Assembly: GCA_016839805.1 (NCBI GenBank)
Contig: JAEOTO010000041.1
Coordinates: forward strand, 1-40,277
Direction of reading: 5' to 3'
DNA from: Candidatus Hermodarchaeota archaeon
GTDB taxonomy: Archaea; Asgardarchaeota; Hermodarchaeia; Hermodarchaeales; Hermodarchaeaceae
Length of the DNA stretch: 40,277 bases
Shown here piece by piece: positions 10,556 through 20,754 of this stretch. Each line of letters starts with the position of its first letter. The stretch's first letter is position 1. A program made the position numbers and the translations under genes. The notes under the pieces were generated by a model that saw only the letters and a list, made by a program, of their open reading frames with translations, was not told the DNA's origin and searched no databases.

Positions 10556-11110
10556 TTACAATTCTTGGATTTGTCTACTTGCTAGCAGAAGTCCAATGAT
10601 TGATACACAATCTGTGATTTCAGAGTTCTCTATCATTTCAAGGGTTTTTTGAAGGGGGACCTTGACAATTTTGATTTCCTCAGTTTCATCAGATTTGGCT
10701 TTAGAGCGTGTAAGGCCGTTTGCTAGAAAGATATAGCCTTTATCATCCATTATGGATTTGTTTGACCGCATTGTATTGAGTAGTTCGAATGATTTTGCAC
10801 GGTATCCAATTTCTTCACGCAGTTCACGTTGAGCGGCCTCTTGAGGCGTTTCACCTTCATCCATAGCACCTGAAGGGATTTCCCAAGTGACATCTCCTTG
10901 TATATAGCGATATTGACGAACCATTACAACGGATTCAGGTTCTATGATTGGGACAATACCAACGAAATCCGTAGGTGGTACTACTACACCATAGATTGTT
11001 TCATGCCCATTTGGAAGTTGAACATTATCTTCATATACTGTAATCCAAGGATTTTGATACACACATTTTCGGTTAAGACATTTCCAAGGTTGAATAAAGG
11101 GTTTTGACAC
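10556..11110 (-). CDS. NUDIX hydrolase (ADP-ribose pyrophosphatase-like)
   Basis: Nudix box GAMDEGETPQEAAQRELREEIG. Confidence 0.92.
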   Translation of the reverse strand: MSKPFIQPWKCLNRKCVYQNPWITVYEDNVQLPNGHETIYGVVVPPTDFVGIVPIIEPESVVMVRQYRYIQGDVTWEIPSGAMDEGETPQEAAQRELREEIGYRAKSFELLNTMRSNKSIMDDKGYIFLANGLTRSKAKSDETEEIKIVKVPLQKTLEMIENSEITDCVSIIGLLLASRQIQEL

Positions 11111-11141
11111 GCAGATCCCTCCTTAGACAGCCTTTCTAATC

Positions 11142-12911
11142 TTAGCTTGCCACAGCTTCAGTGACAGTTTTTTTCTCTTTCTTCTCTTCCTCGACTGGAA
11201 GTGGTTTACAGCCTTCGAGCCACATTGACCCCACAAGCACTAATTCAGGTGGATTAAGATTGGCATCTCGATCAATGATTACATCAATGACTGCCGGTAG
11301 TTTTGATTTTACAGCCCGTTTGAGAGCCGGACGGATCTCCTTGGCGTCTGTGACACGTTCACCATAGCAGCCCATCGCTTTTGCCACTTGATCATATCGA
11401 ACATCGGTAAAGTCAACCTGGTAAAAGCGGTCATCGAAAAGGAGATGCTGCACCCCCGCTATCATTCCAAACCGCCGATCATTCGCGATTACAGCAACGA
11501 TGGGTGTGTTGTGTCGGGCAGCAGTTTCTAATTCTTGAATGTTAAACATAAAGGAGCCATCCCCGCTGATTAGATACACTTGCCGGTCAGGATGGTTAAG
11601 TTGTGCACTAATAGCATAAGGGAGGCCCGCACCTAAGTGCCCAGATTCAGTGGCACAGAGATAGGTGCGCGGTTCATAGATACGATTAATGTTTAATGTC
11701 CAAAGGTTGGTGTTACCACCATCTACCACGCTAATAGCGCGTCGGTCGAAGAAGTCACGAACCTCCTTAATAAGGCGCAGAGGATGAATTGGTTTGTCAT
11801 CTTTAGAAGCGATGTCTAGCTGGGACTGGACCCACCTATCACGGGATTGCTGGCATTGCTCAAGTAGCGTGGAGGGGGGTTTAGGTTCGCTGCGACGGGT
11901 GACCTCTGAGAGAAGGAACTGGAGAGTGCTTTTGGCATCGCCAACTAATGCTAAATCTACTTCCCGATTTAAACCGATCATATCGCCTGCAATGTCAATT
12001 TGGATAAGTTTTTGTGCATCGCTTAACTTCCAACCCGGGGGTTTCCCCCAGAAGTCAAGATCACTAAGCCGTCCGCCTACCAATAGAACGAGATCAGCAC
12101 AATTTTGGGCAAAGGCTCCCGTTTGAAGGCCGGGATTGAAAGCTAGTGCGTGATCTTCAGGAATCGAACCTCGGGCAGCGGGACTCATGCTAACTGGTGA
12201 AGATAAGTGCTCGGCGAGTTTAATGAGTTCTTCCGAGGCATTGGCCCTTAGTACACCAGAACCTGCATGAATGAGAGGAAATTCTGCTTCAAGGAGCATT
12301 TGTGCGGCTTTACCGATGAGTTGCGGATCAGCAGTGGGAGGTGTGATGCGTCGGTATCGATTTGGAGGTTGAATTTGTGGTGATTGATCAACGGTTCCAT
12401 AGAGAACATCGGAGGGAATATCAAGATGTACAGGACCAGGTCTCCCGGATAGAGCAATGCGAAAAGCATGTTGGATAAGCTGAGGAATGCGTTCAATCTT
12501 CCAAGCAACAGCATTCCATTTTACAATGGGTTTGAATAAATTAAGCTGGTCGAGAGCCTGTGTCATCCCCGTATCGGGATAAATGCGCCACGTCTGATTC
12601 TGAGCGGTAAGAACTACTATCGGAACACTATCAGCATAAGCAGCATATACGCCACCAACAAGATTCACAGCTCCTGGACCCACGGTTCCTAAGCAAATCC
12701 CGGGCTTCCTTGTTGTCCGGGCATAGGCATCGGCCATATGTGCTGCAGCAGCCTCATGCCGGGTCGTAATAAATTCGATGCCAAGTTCATCACCTTTTCG
12801 GGCAAGAACATCAAAGAAAGAATTCCATTGGTCACCGATAATTCCAAAGATATATCGGACTTGCTCATTGGCTAGACATTGGGCGAGAATTTCTCCACCT
12901 GAAATTGGCAA
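11142..12911 (-). CDS. Thiamine-pyrophosphate enzyme (acetolactate synthase large subunit-like)
   Basis: TRHEAAAAHMADAYAR, GRPGPVHLDIP, GDGSFMFN...ND. Confidence 0.92.
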   Translation of the reverse strand: MPISGGEILAQCLANEQVRYIFGIIGDQWNSFFDVLARKGDELGIEFITTRHEAAAAHMADAYARTTRKPGICLGTVGPGAVNLVGGVYAAYADSVPIVVLTAQNQTWRIYPDTGMTQALDQLNLFKPIVKWNAVAWKIERIPQLIQHAFRIALSGRPGPVHLDIPSDVLYGTVDQSPQIQPPNRYRRITPPTADPQLIGKAAQMLLEAEFPLIHAGSGVLRANASEELIKLAEHLSSPVSMSPAARGSIPEDHALAFNPGLQTGAFAQNCADLVLLVGGRLSDLDFWGKPPGWKLSDAQKLIQIDIAGDMIGLNREVDLALVGDAKSTLQFLLSEVTRRSEPKPPSTLLEQCQQSRDRWVQSQLDIASKDDKPIHPLRLIKEVRDFFDRRAISVVDGGNTNLWTLNINRIYEPRTYLCATESGHLGAGLPYAISAQLNHPDRQVYLISGDGSFMFNIQELETAARHNTPIVAVIANDRRFGMIAGVQHLLFDDRFYQVDFTDVRYDQVAKAMGCYGERVTDAKEIRPALKRAVKSKLPAVIDVIIDRDANLNPPELVLVGSMWLEGCKPLPVEEEKKEKKTVTEAVAS

Positions 12912-13011
12912 AATATTATACCTCCGAAGGGATTTTCGAGTTGTGAGATGTAGTGTGTTTCATCTTCTTATTTCATGCAGTTTATTGAAATTTGAGTAAC
13001 TTTTAAGTAGG

Positions 13012-13031
13012 TTATGAATATATATTCATAA
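13012..13031. promoter_or_regulatory. Perfect 20-bp palindromic operator candidate
   Basis: TTATGAATATATATTCATAA lies between a TATA-like TTTTAAGTA and the GTG start of the DUF134 gene. Confidence 0.7.
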
Positions 13032-13032
13032 T

Positions 13033-13479
13033 GTGCCAAGACCATATAAACGCAGGTTTGTCCGTGCAGAACCCAATGTTACCTACTACAAACCCCGAGG
13101 AATTCCCATCGGAACAATTGGAGAGGTAGTACTCAATATCGATGAGTTTGAAGCGCTTCGCGTGAAGGATCATTTGGGACTTCCTCAAAAGGAAGCCGCG
13201 CAGCAACTCAAAGTGTCACAACCCACTCTGCATCGGATTTTAAAATCTGCTCATGCAAAAGTGGCACATGCCCTGGTGAACGGGATGGCTCTCCGGATTG
13301 ACGGAGGACCCTACGATTTACCCAAAGTGCGTTGGTTCCGCTGTTTTACTTGTCAAACCCAGTGGACTGAACCATTTGGTACTGGTCGACCAGAAGTTTG
13401 CCCGCGGTGTGATAGTCACTATTTGCGTCGGTTGGCACCTTCAGAAATCGGAGAAAAACAAAGTGATGAAAAATTATGA
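13033..13479 (+). CDS. DUF134 HTH DNA-binding protein with Zn ribbon
   Basis: MPRP.KRRFV...YYKPRG...EFEALR..D...QKEAA...VSQPT; CFTC...CPRC. Confidence 0.9.
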   Translation: MPRPYKRRFVRAEPNVTYYKPRGIPIGTIGEVVLNIDEFEALRVKDHLGLPQKEAAQQLKVSQPTLHRILKSAHAKVAHALVNGMALRIDGGPYDLPKVRWFRCFTCQTQWTEPFGTGRPEVCPRCDSHYLRRLAPSEIGEKQSDEKL

Positions 13480-13889
13480 AAATATGTATATCCGCACAAG
13501 GTCCTACCCTTGATGCACCCATTGATCCTCGATTTGGTCGTTGTGCTAATTTCATATTCATTGATCCTGAGACAATGCAATTTAACACGATCCCCAACCC
13601 TGGAGCAATGGCAGGCGGTGGCGCAGGCATTCAAGCCGCACAATTTGTCGTTGATCAAGGAGTTTCGGCAGTATTGACCGGAAATGTTGGACCAAATGCA
13701 TATAATGCGTTGAATGCTGGAGGCGTGGCAGTGTTCATAGGAGTTTATGGAACAGTTCGAAATGCTGTTGAACAATATAAAGCGGGACAATTGAGTCCTA
13801 CATCTTCTTCGACAACACCTGCCCATACTGGAATGGGAGGCGGTAGAGGTCGGGGTGGAGGCATGGGAAGAGGAAGATATCCAGGTTAA
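13476..13889 (+). CDS. NifB/NifX-family (ORP-like) Fe-Mo cluster-binding protein
   Basis: DPRFGRCANF, GAGIQAAQ, TGNVGPNA; Gly/Arg tail. Confidence 0.9.
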   Translation: MKICISAQGPTLDAPIDPRFGRCANFIFIDPETMQFNTIPNPGAMAGGGAGIQAAQFVVDQGVSAVLTGNVGPNAYNALNAGGVAVFIGVYGTVRNAVEQYKAGQLSPTSSSTTPAHTGMGGGRGRGGGMGRGRYPG

Positions 13890-13922
13890 ATGTAAAATAG
13901 AAAGCAAGTCGGAGGAATTGAT

Positions 13923-14297
13923 ATGGTGGAACGTGTTGTAATTCCAGTATTAGATGATTCAGGTAAAACCAGTCGTCTGTCGGCACATTTCGGTCGAGCC
14001 CCGTTTTTTGCTGTGGTTGAAGTCAAAGAAGATGGGAATATTGAGAGCCTAAAATTTCTGCCTAATCGGAGTCAGCACTTAGGAGGATCGGGTCGTCCGC
14101 CGGATGTTATCCTTAGTTTTGCACCGAATGTTGTAATTACCTTTGGGATGGGCCCTCGTGCTATGCGGAGGTTCCAGGCTGAAGGTGTTGCTGTGATGCA
14201 GGCATCCTCTGAATATCTGGGGGATGTCCTTTCTGCCTTTACCCGAAATGAATTGTCTGAGCTAACTGAGGGGTGTCGTGACGCTCGTCATAAATAG
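13923..14297 (+). CDS. NifB/NifX-family protein
   Basis: SAHFGRAPFF, GMGPRA. Confidence 0.88.
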   Translation: MVERVVIPVLDDSGKTSRLSAHFGRAPFFAVVEVKEDGNIESLKFLPNRSQHLGGSGRPPDVILSFAPNVVITFGMGPRAMRRFQAEGVAVMQASSEYLGDVLSAFTRNELSELTEGCRDARHK

Positions 14298-14337
14298 TAA
14301 GGCAAAGATCCAAGGGCAACCTTAGTAGGTGTGCGAA

Positions 14338-15183
14338 GTGAATATTGCAATTGCCAGTGGTAAAGGAGGTACTGGAAAAACCTCTGTTTCCGTGAATCTT
14401 GCCCTTTCTGTACCTGGCCCAGTTCAAGTGTTGGATTGTGATGCAGACGCGCCAAATGTGCATACTTTGCTTCCGCTAAAGACCGAGGAGATAGAACCAG
14501 TTTTTACTATGATTCCTGAATTTGATGAGGTAAAATGTACACAATCAAAAAAATGTGCAGCCTTCTGTCCTAACCACGCAATCTTCGTTGGTAAAAAGGG
14601 GATTCAGTTCTTTCCTGAACTGTGCTACGGTTGTGGCGGATGTATTTTGAGCTGTCCGAATCAGGCCATCAAAGAGGGTAAACGGCAGCTGGGTGTAACG
14701 AAAAGCGGGTTAACTGCAGAAGGTGTGCAGGTTGTTTATGGGGATCTTAATGTCGGTGAACCGCTTGTTGTCCCTGTAATAAAAGCAGTCAAAAATAAAG
14801 CAAGCAAACAGAATGGAGTTACTGTAATTCTTGATTGTCCCCCTGGTGTATCTTGTCCAATGGTAGAATCCGTTCATGGTTCAGATTATTGTCTTTTAGT
14901 CACGGAACCGACACCATTTGGTTTACATGATCTGCAACTAGCAGTTGATACTATCCGTCAACTTGAAATACCAATCGGTGTTGTCGTGAATAGAGCGGGA
15001 ATTGGAGATAAACAGGTCTATTCCTATTGTGCCAGTGAGCACCTTCCAATTTTATTAGAGATTCCGCATAGCCGTAAAATTGCTGAGCTCTTTGCAGAAG
15101 GTATCCCCTTTGTCACGCAGTTACCTGAATGGCAACCCAAGTTTGAAGACCTTTTTCGCACGATTGAGGAGAGGATTGAATAA
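14338..15183 (+). CDS. MinD/ParA-type P-loop ATPase with inserted ferredoxin domain
   Basis: ASGKGGTGKT, DCDADAPN, Cys clusters, DCPPG, VTEPTPFGLHDL. Confidence 0.92.
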   Translation: MNIAIASGKGGTGKTSVSVNLALSVPGPVQVLDCDADAPNVHTLLPLKTEEIEPVFTMIPEFDEVKCTQSKKCAAFCPNHAIFVGKKGIQFFPELCYGCGGCILSCPNQAIKEGKRQLGVTKSGLTAEGVQVVYGDLNVGEPLVVPVIKAVKNKASKQNGVTVILDCPPGVSCPMVESVHGSDYCLLVTEPTPFGLHDLQLAVDTIRQLEIPIGVVVNRAGIGDKQVYSYCASEHLPILLEIPHSRKIAELFAEGIPFVTQLPEWQPKFEDLFRTIEERIE

Positions 15184-16052
15184 TGAAAGAATTAGTAATT
15201 GTAAGCGGAAAAGGTGGCACAGGAAAAACAACGATTACAGCTTCGTTAACAGTCTTAGCCTCCGATCCGATTATTGCCGATTGTGATGTTGATGCACCCA
15301 ATTTACATTTACTTCTAGGACCCGATATTCAATTTTCTGATGAGTTTATTGAGTCTAAAGTAGCAGTAATTAATCCTGAGTTATGTAATCAATGTGGTGT
15401 TTGTGAAAGCGCATGTAAGTTTGATGCGATTTCTTCTGATTTTAAAGTTGATCCAATCTTGTGTGAGGGATGTGGTGTCTGTTTCATCAGTTGTCCAGTT
15501 AACGCGATAGAAATGCAGGAACGTCTTTCAGGTTACATCTATACCTCAAAGACCAATTATGGACCTATGGCTCATGCACTGTTACTTCCAGGTGAAAGCA
15601 ATTCAGGGAAATTAGTTACTCGCGTTCGGGCACTTGCCTCTAAGTTAGCAGAAAAACATGAGAGAGATCTCATCTTAACGGATGGGCCACCGGGATTAGC
15701 CTGCGCGGCTATAGCGACCATTACTGGCGCCTCAGCAGGTCTAGTTGTTACCGAGCCCACAGTTCCAGCCATTCATGACTTGAAACGCGTTCTTGAACTT
15801 TTCCAGCACTTTAAAATCCCTGTGATGGTTCTTATCAATAAAGCTGATTTGCATATCCGGAAATCCAAGGAAATTGCTGACTATTGTCAACGAAATGATA
15901 TTCCTATAGTAGGCCAATTGGATTATGACCTGAAAATGTATGAAGCAGTTGTTGCTGGGCGACCGATAGTTGAATATGCACCCTCAATTAAACTCTCAAA
16001 AGCGTTGAAGGCGATTTGGAAAAGGGTTGAGAAACAGCTAGATGCATTCTAG
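15183..16052 (+). CDS. MinD/ParA-type P-loop ATPase with inserted ferredoxin domain (paralog)
   Basis: SGKGGTGKTT, two CxxCxxCxxxC motifs, DGPPG. Confidence 0.92.
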   Translation: MKELVIVSGKGGTGKTTITASLTVLASDPIIADCDVDAPNLHLLLGPDIQFSDEFIESKVAVINPELCNQCGVCESACKFDAISSDFKVDPILCEGCGVCFISCPVNAIEMQERLSGYIYTSKTNYGPMAHALLLPGESNSGKLVTRVRALASKLAEKHERDLILTDGPPGLACAAIATITGASAGLVVTEPTVPAIHDLKRVLELFQHFKIPVMVLINKADLHIRKSKEIADYCQRNDIPIVGQLDYDLKMYEAVVAGRPIVEYAPSIKLSKALKAIWKRVEKQLDAF

Positions 16053-16103
16053 GAGGATTTGAGAGGAACTATAATTTCGCGTAAATTTCTGGATTACGGT
16101 GAG

Positions 16104-16388
16104 CTATTTCCCAACTTTTGCTCCACAGCTAGAACAATAGTTTGCGCCAGGAGGTATTGGGGAATTACAGTTCAAGCAATAATTGATTCCTGGAGAAAAT
16201 TGGTCTGGGAATGGAGGGGTTTGATCAGAAGGAGGTCTGACGTTTTGTTGATACATATACCAGCAGCTTCCGGGTCCATAAAGCCATCCCGGGCGTTGCC
16301 AAGGTGGTAAATGGGAGAATGGTCCATTACCTGGCCAAGTTCCTTGATTTCGACCACGACCACGTCCTCGGTTTCCACGTTGTGCCAT
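16104..16388 (-). CDS. Small RG-rich protein with C-terminal Zn ribbon (DUF5320-like)
   Basis: GRGRGR...WPGNGPFSHLPPWQRPGW...CLNC...CSSC; GAGGTG RBS. Confidence 0.7.
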   Translation of the reverse strand: MAQRGNRGRGRGRNQGTWPGNGPFSHLPPWQRPGWLYGPGSCWYMYQQNVRPPSDQTPPFPDQFSPGINYCLNCNSPIPPGANYCSSCGAKVGK

Positions 16389-16488
16389 TTGATGCATCAC
16401 CTCTTTTTGTGTTTATGCACATATTTATTTTGTGATTATGCACAGAAATATATAAATGTACCCATAATACAACTTATGATGAGTAAAA

Positions 16489-16812
16489 ATGCGATATCGT
16501 CGTGGTTGGCGCGGGCGAGGACGCCCCCCAAAACCAGTCAGTTTGGGTCAAATACCTACACCCACAACTTTCACTCCAAACGTGGTAAAAAATTCAGTTC
16601 CGGTAACTCTCTTTGCTTCGGAACTGGAAGCAATGCGTCTAGTCGATCAACAAGACCTTGATCAGAAGAACGCAGGAAAAAAGATGAATGTATCAAGAGG
16701 AACCGTGTGGAGACTGCTTCAAAGTGGTCGTAAGAAAGTTGTTACGGCGTTAACGGAAAACCGATCCCTCATTATAAGCATCGAGAGCCCCAAAGATAAT
16801 AACACTTCATAA
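16489..16812 (+). CDS. DUF134 HTH protein (second)
   Basis: RGRPPKP...ELEAMRLVD...Q..AG..MNVSRGTVWR. Confidence 0.88.
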   Translation: MRYRRGWRGRGRPPKPVSLGQIPTPTTFTPNVVKNSVPVTLFASELEAMRLVDQQDLDQKNAGKKMNVSRGTVWRLLQSGRKKVVTALTENRSLIISIESPKDNNTS

Positions 16813-16860
16813 TACAACTCAAGTGACACCCATGAATAGAAAAAAGGGTCGAACCCTGTT

Positions 16861-17856
16861 ATGAGCTCGGTGTACGGACCAGTAATGTCATGGCGTTACG
16901 GAAGATCCCTGGGTATTGATCCAGTTCCTCCGCCCAAGCGTTGTAGTTTCAATTGCGTCTATTGCCAATTAGGACCAACCAAAATCCTTATCCAGTCTTT
17001 GGACGCCGTTGAAAATGAGTTACCTGATGAAGAACAAATTCTCAATGACCTTGACGAATATTTGCGTCAAATTTCAATTGAAAGTCTAGATGTAGTAACT
17101 TTTTCGGGATCTGGTGAACCCACTGCGAATTTACGTTTAGGAGAAATGGTACGAACGGTTCGTAAACGTCTTCCCAATTTACCTGTCGTTTTATTGACTA
17201 ATGGTTCGTTTTTAGGTAACCCCCAAGTAATGAAGAATCTTCGTGAACTTGATATTGTAACCGTGAAATTTGATGCTGGGGACGATAAAACGCATCGAAA
17301 AATCAATAGACCTTGTTATGCATTTCAACATAGCCAGCTAGCTAGGGACATTCAGAACCTTAGAAAGACCACAAGAGTCACAATTGCCCTTGAAGTAATG
17401 TTGCTAAAATTAGCGTCTGGTATTTCAAATGTAAGTGGTTCCCCCCGGAACTCCTTAGTTAGTGAAATAAGTAAACTAGCGCCAGTTGTTGATTTGGTTC
17501 AACTATATACACCTTGGCGTCCTCCCGTAGAACAAGAAGTCCAACCAATTAGCACAGCTCAACTGAAAGATTTTGCTTCCGACCTAAATGACGCATTTGA
17601 TTCAGACCGAATATGGATTTATGGTATTCATGATGCACGAAAACAATCGGCTTCCTGGAAATCCCATCAATCTCTTTGTGACGATATTTTGATAATGCTT
17701 CAACGCCGACCTTGTAGACTAAAGGATTTGGTTCAATCGCTTGATATCCCCATTAATTCCCTGCTGTCTCTGATCTCACAGCTTCGTCAATCCAATAAGA
17801 TAACAGCTCGCCAGTACCAAAATGAGCTGTACTATTTTCATCAGAATTCGGATTAG
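16861..17856 (+). CDS. Radical SAM Fe-S oxidoreductase
   Basis: YGPV.SWRYGRSLGID, CSFNCVYC, FSGSGEPT, LLTNGS. Confidence 0.92.
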   Translation: MSSVYGPVMSWRYGRSLGIDPVPPPKRCSFNCVYCQLGPTKILIQSLDAVENELPDEEQILNDLDEYLRQISIESLDVVTFSGSGEPTANLRLGEMVRTVRKRLPNLPVVLLTNGSFLGNPQVMKNLRELDIVTVKFDAGDDKTHRKINRPCYAFQHSQLARDIQNLRKTTRVTIALEVMLLKLASGISNVSGSPRNSLVSEISKLAPVVDLVQLYTPWRPPVEQEVQPISTAQLKDFASDLNDAFDSDRIWIYGIHDARKQSASWKSHQSLCDDILIMLQRRPCRLKDLVQSLDIPINSLLSLISQLRQSNKITARQYQNELYYFHQNSD

Positions 17857-19118
17857 TCTTTGCGAGGGTAGTGTTTATCGGGATCTTCTCGGTAGACTTT
17901 TTCAATAGTTTTACTGGCTCCGGGTGTATCGAGTTCGATATCGCGTTTAGCATCTCGCGGTTCTTTGAGAACGTCTTTGTAGATGTCGCTTTGGATGATA
18001 AGACGCATGACTTCGCTACTCCCAGTCCAGATCGTGGCTAATCGGGCGTCACGAAATAGGCGTTCGATGGGATAAACATCGGTATAACCGATGCCACCCA
18101 GAATTTGCATAGATTCGGAGACGGTCTTGTAACAGGTTTCGGTGGCAAAGAGCTTAGCTTGAGATACGGCTTTTCGGCTGGGCTGATTAGCATCGGCTAA
18201 CCGAGCGGCATGATACACCAGACCACGAGCCGCATCGAGTTCAGTAGCACAATCAGCAACTTTGAAGCTGATGCCTTCAAATCGACTAATTGTTTTTCCG
18301 AAGGCTTCACGCCGAGTTGAATAGCGAATTGCCAGTTCGAGGGCAGCTCGTCCTAACCCAATAGCACCCGCAGCGGAGGTTAGACGCTCTGGTACCATTA
18401 TCGCGTTGAAAATAGAGGCTCCATCATTGAGCGATCCTATTAGATTCTCTTGGGGTACTTTGACATCCTTGAGTACAATACGAGCTGCGCCCATCCCTCG
18501 ACAGCCCATTAGACTGTAGTGTTCGTCGACTTCAACGCCCATGTCACGATCAACGATGAAGGCACTTAGAGATTGATGGGGAGCGGCTTTGAAATCGGTT
18601 TTTGCGTAGATGAGGAAATAATCAGCTCCAATTCCACCTGCAACAAATCGTTTCTCTCCGTTGATAAGAAAGTGATCATTATGAGGGATTGCTGATGTGA
18701 TGGTACCAAAAAAGTCGGAGCCACCGCGTGGTTCGGTAAGACCTTCCGCACAGATTTTCTCTCCACTGATAATGGAGGCTAGATATTTCTGTTTTTGCTG
18801 GTCAGTTCCGAATTTATCAATCGCTTCACCAACAATACTGGGAAGAGAATAGGCGCAACCCAATGCGATGCCTAGCACACCAATCTCTTCGATAGCAACC
18901 ATTTCGGATACCCAGTTCAATCCTCGACCGCCATATTTCTTGGGAAAACGGAGGCCAATCAGATTAGCCTTTGTTACCGCCTTTACGAAGTCATAGGGAT
19001 ACTCCTGTTCGTTGCCATCCATTCGAATAATTAGGTCAGGATCAACTTTATTGCGGACAAAGTCTCGGACTTCCTCGCGGATTTGTCGTTCACTCTCAGT
19101 AAGCAGAATATCAAACAT
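17853..19118 (-). CDS. Acyl-CoA dehydrogenase
   Basis: LTEPRGGSD, INGEKRF, LGGIGY...ERLFRDAR...IWTGSSE. Confidence 0.95.
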   Translation of the reverse strand: MFDILLTESERQIREEVRDFVRNKVDPDLIIRMDGNEQEYPYDFVKAVTKANLIGLRFPKKYGGRGLNWVSEMVAIEEIGVLGIALGCAYSLPSIVGEAIDKFGTDQQKQKYLASIISGEKICAEGLTEPRGGSDFFGTITSAIPHNDHFLINGEKRFVAGGIGADYFLIYAKTDFKAAPHQSLSAFIVDRDMGVEVDEHYSLMGCRGMGAARIVLKDVKVPQENLIGSLNDGASIFNAIMVPERLTSAAGAIGLGRAALELAIRYSTRREAFGKTISRFEGISFKVADCATELDAARGLVYHAARLADANQPSRKAVSQAKLFATETCYKTVSESMQILGGIGYTDVYPIERLFRDARLATIWTGSSEVMRLIIQSDIYKDVLKEPRDAKRDIELDTPGASKTIEKVYREDPDKHYPRKD

Positions 19119-19171
19119 AGATTCAACTCTTCCTGATTATGCTTTGGAAACAATTCCTTCTGTTATGTGTT

Positions 19172-19507
19172 TTAATCTAATAAAGCGCTTAAGGTCTCGG
19201 TTTTTGAGGGGCTTCGCGTCACCAATACAGCATCAACAGGACACACTAATTCACATGCCAGACATTCAAGGCAAGCAACTTCGTGTACAGGATCGGCTTT
19301 AACGTGGTTAGGTTTCTCGTTCAATTGGATAAATACGTCTTCTGGACACACATTGATACATTTCAAACAACCCGTACATGCATCAAAGTCAACAGCGACT
19401 CGAGTTCCGTGGATTCCTAGCTTCGCTTTTGGAGATTTCCAGACTGCATGTCCCTGGTGTGTTCCTGTCCGTGTCCAAGTGGTTTTGAAGGTTGGATCGA
19501 TGGGCAC
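19172..19507 (-). CDS. Ferredoxin with N-terminal extension (zinc-containing ferredoxin-like)
   Basis: PIDP...GTHQGHAVW...LGIHGTRVAVDFD plus two CxxCxxCxxxCP motifs. Confidence 0.85.
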   Translation of the reverse strand: MPIDPTFKTTWTRTGTHQGHAVWKSPKAKLGIHGTRVAVDFDACTGCLKCINVCPEDVFIQLNEKPNHVKADPVHEVACLECLACELVCPVDAVLVTRSPSKTETLSALLD

Positions 19508-19743
19508 GATAATCACTTTTCGTACACGTGTTATAAACAAAGCCCAATTTTGCTAGGTAAGTGGTAGTAATCGTTCGCCTTAAGTGCACTGACTATATTA
19601 GAGAACCCATCAGACCTGATTCGTTATGAGGTCATCATCAAACAACCGGGTGTGTTTCAATCTCCCCATCAAACACCACGACTATTGTAGAGCTCTCTGA
19701 AGAGTTAGTTGATAACGCTACACGGATATATGCAGAGGGGCTT

Positions 19744-20172
19744 TTGATGGAAGAGCCACCAGGTTCCACTGAACCTCTTGAAGAGCTTTGCGAATCGTTG
19801 CGGTTGCATCTTAAGATTTATCTCCATCAGAGGAAGAATCGTCATATTTGGTTAGCTCTTGAACACGATCTGGTTGTCGGTTTGCTTGATTTTTATCATC
19901 AACCAGAGGAGTTGTTTATTCGATTTATTTGCGCCATCCCACCCCGGCATGGGAATGGAACCCGACTACTCCGCCATCTAGCCGACTATGGCCTATCGAA
20001 ACATATTCCGATGATTAAAACGACTGTTAGTTCGTTGGATCAGAGGGCCAAAGAGTTCTACTTCAGACATCTTGGATTCCAGAAAATCGGAAGTCGAACT
20101 GAAGATTTGGGATTCGATCTATATATCATTAAAATCCATCCGCAAGACCTTCTGAATAACACGGAAATGTAG
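19744..20172 (+). CDS. GNAT acetyltransferase (true start probably further upstream)
   Basis: VVGLLD, PRHGNGTRLL, AKEFYFRHLGF. Confidence 0.8.
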   Translation: MMEEPPGSTEPLEELCESLRLHLKIYLHQRKNRHIWLALEHDLVVGLLDFYHQPEELFIRFICAIPPRHGNGTRLLRHLADYGLSKHIPMIKTTVSSLDQRAKEFYFRHLGFQKIGSRTEDLGFDLYIIKIHPQDLLNNTEM

Positions 20173-20253
20173 GCTAATTATCAGCTAATAAAAGAAAGGC
20201 ACCTTCACGCCGACTAATCGGCGTGAAGGGAGGAATTGACTGTTTTTTCGAGA

Positions 20254-20754
20254 TTAGTAGCGACGTCGCCCGCGATCGCCTCGATCCCCTCGATCTCCAC
20301 GATCACTTCGATAGTCACGACGATATCCACCACCGCGACCACCACGTCCGCCACCATAACTGCGGCGGCGAGATCGAGGTTGCTCGTGTTCAGCTGCGGA
20401 CATGTCATTTTCGACATCGACATCTTTGATTGCTTTTTCTGCTTCGCTGATTTCGCCATACCGACCGATATTCAGTCGGAGATGACCTTGGAAAAGGCTG
20501 GTGTAACCTTTTTCGAGACGATAGGTTTTGTCTACTTCAACTGTGTCGATTACATCATCCCAAAGGGAGATGAGGACTGTACCGGTACTATCACCGGCGG
20601 TTGCGTCTACAACTCGATGGGTTTCGCCATCGCGTCGTGAGGTCACCTCGCGGGCTTCGCCTTTTTCGACGACTTTGAAAGTGATGTTCAAACTTTTCAT
20701 AAATGGTCGCAGGTCTGCGACTGTAGCCTCAACGGGCTCGGCGTCATAACTCAT
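20254..20754 (-). CDS. ssb: Single OB-fold nucleic-acid-binding protein (crenarchaeal SSB-like) with RG/RD tail
   Basis: GDSTGTVLISLWD, YTSLFQGHLRLNIGRYG; tail RGDRGDRGDRGRRRY. Confidence 0.88.
   Translation of the reverse strand: MSYDAEPVEATVADLRPFMKSLNITFKVVEKGEAREVTSRRDGETHRVVDATAGDSTGTVLISLWDDVIDTVEVDKTYRLEKGYTSLFQGHLRLNIGRYGEISEAEKAIKDVDVENDMSAAEHEQPRSRRRSYGGGRGGRGGGYRRDYRSDRGDRGDRGDRGRRRY

Noticed and set aside
19626-19690. Possible BHB intron supplying an ATG to the GNAT gene
   Set aside because: Only a GTGTTT/AAACAC stem; no 4-bp central helix with two 3-nt bulges could be drawn.
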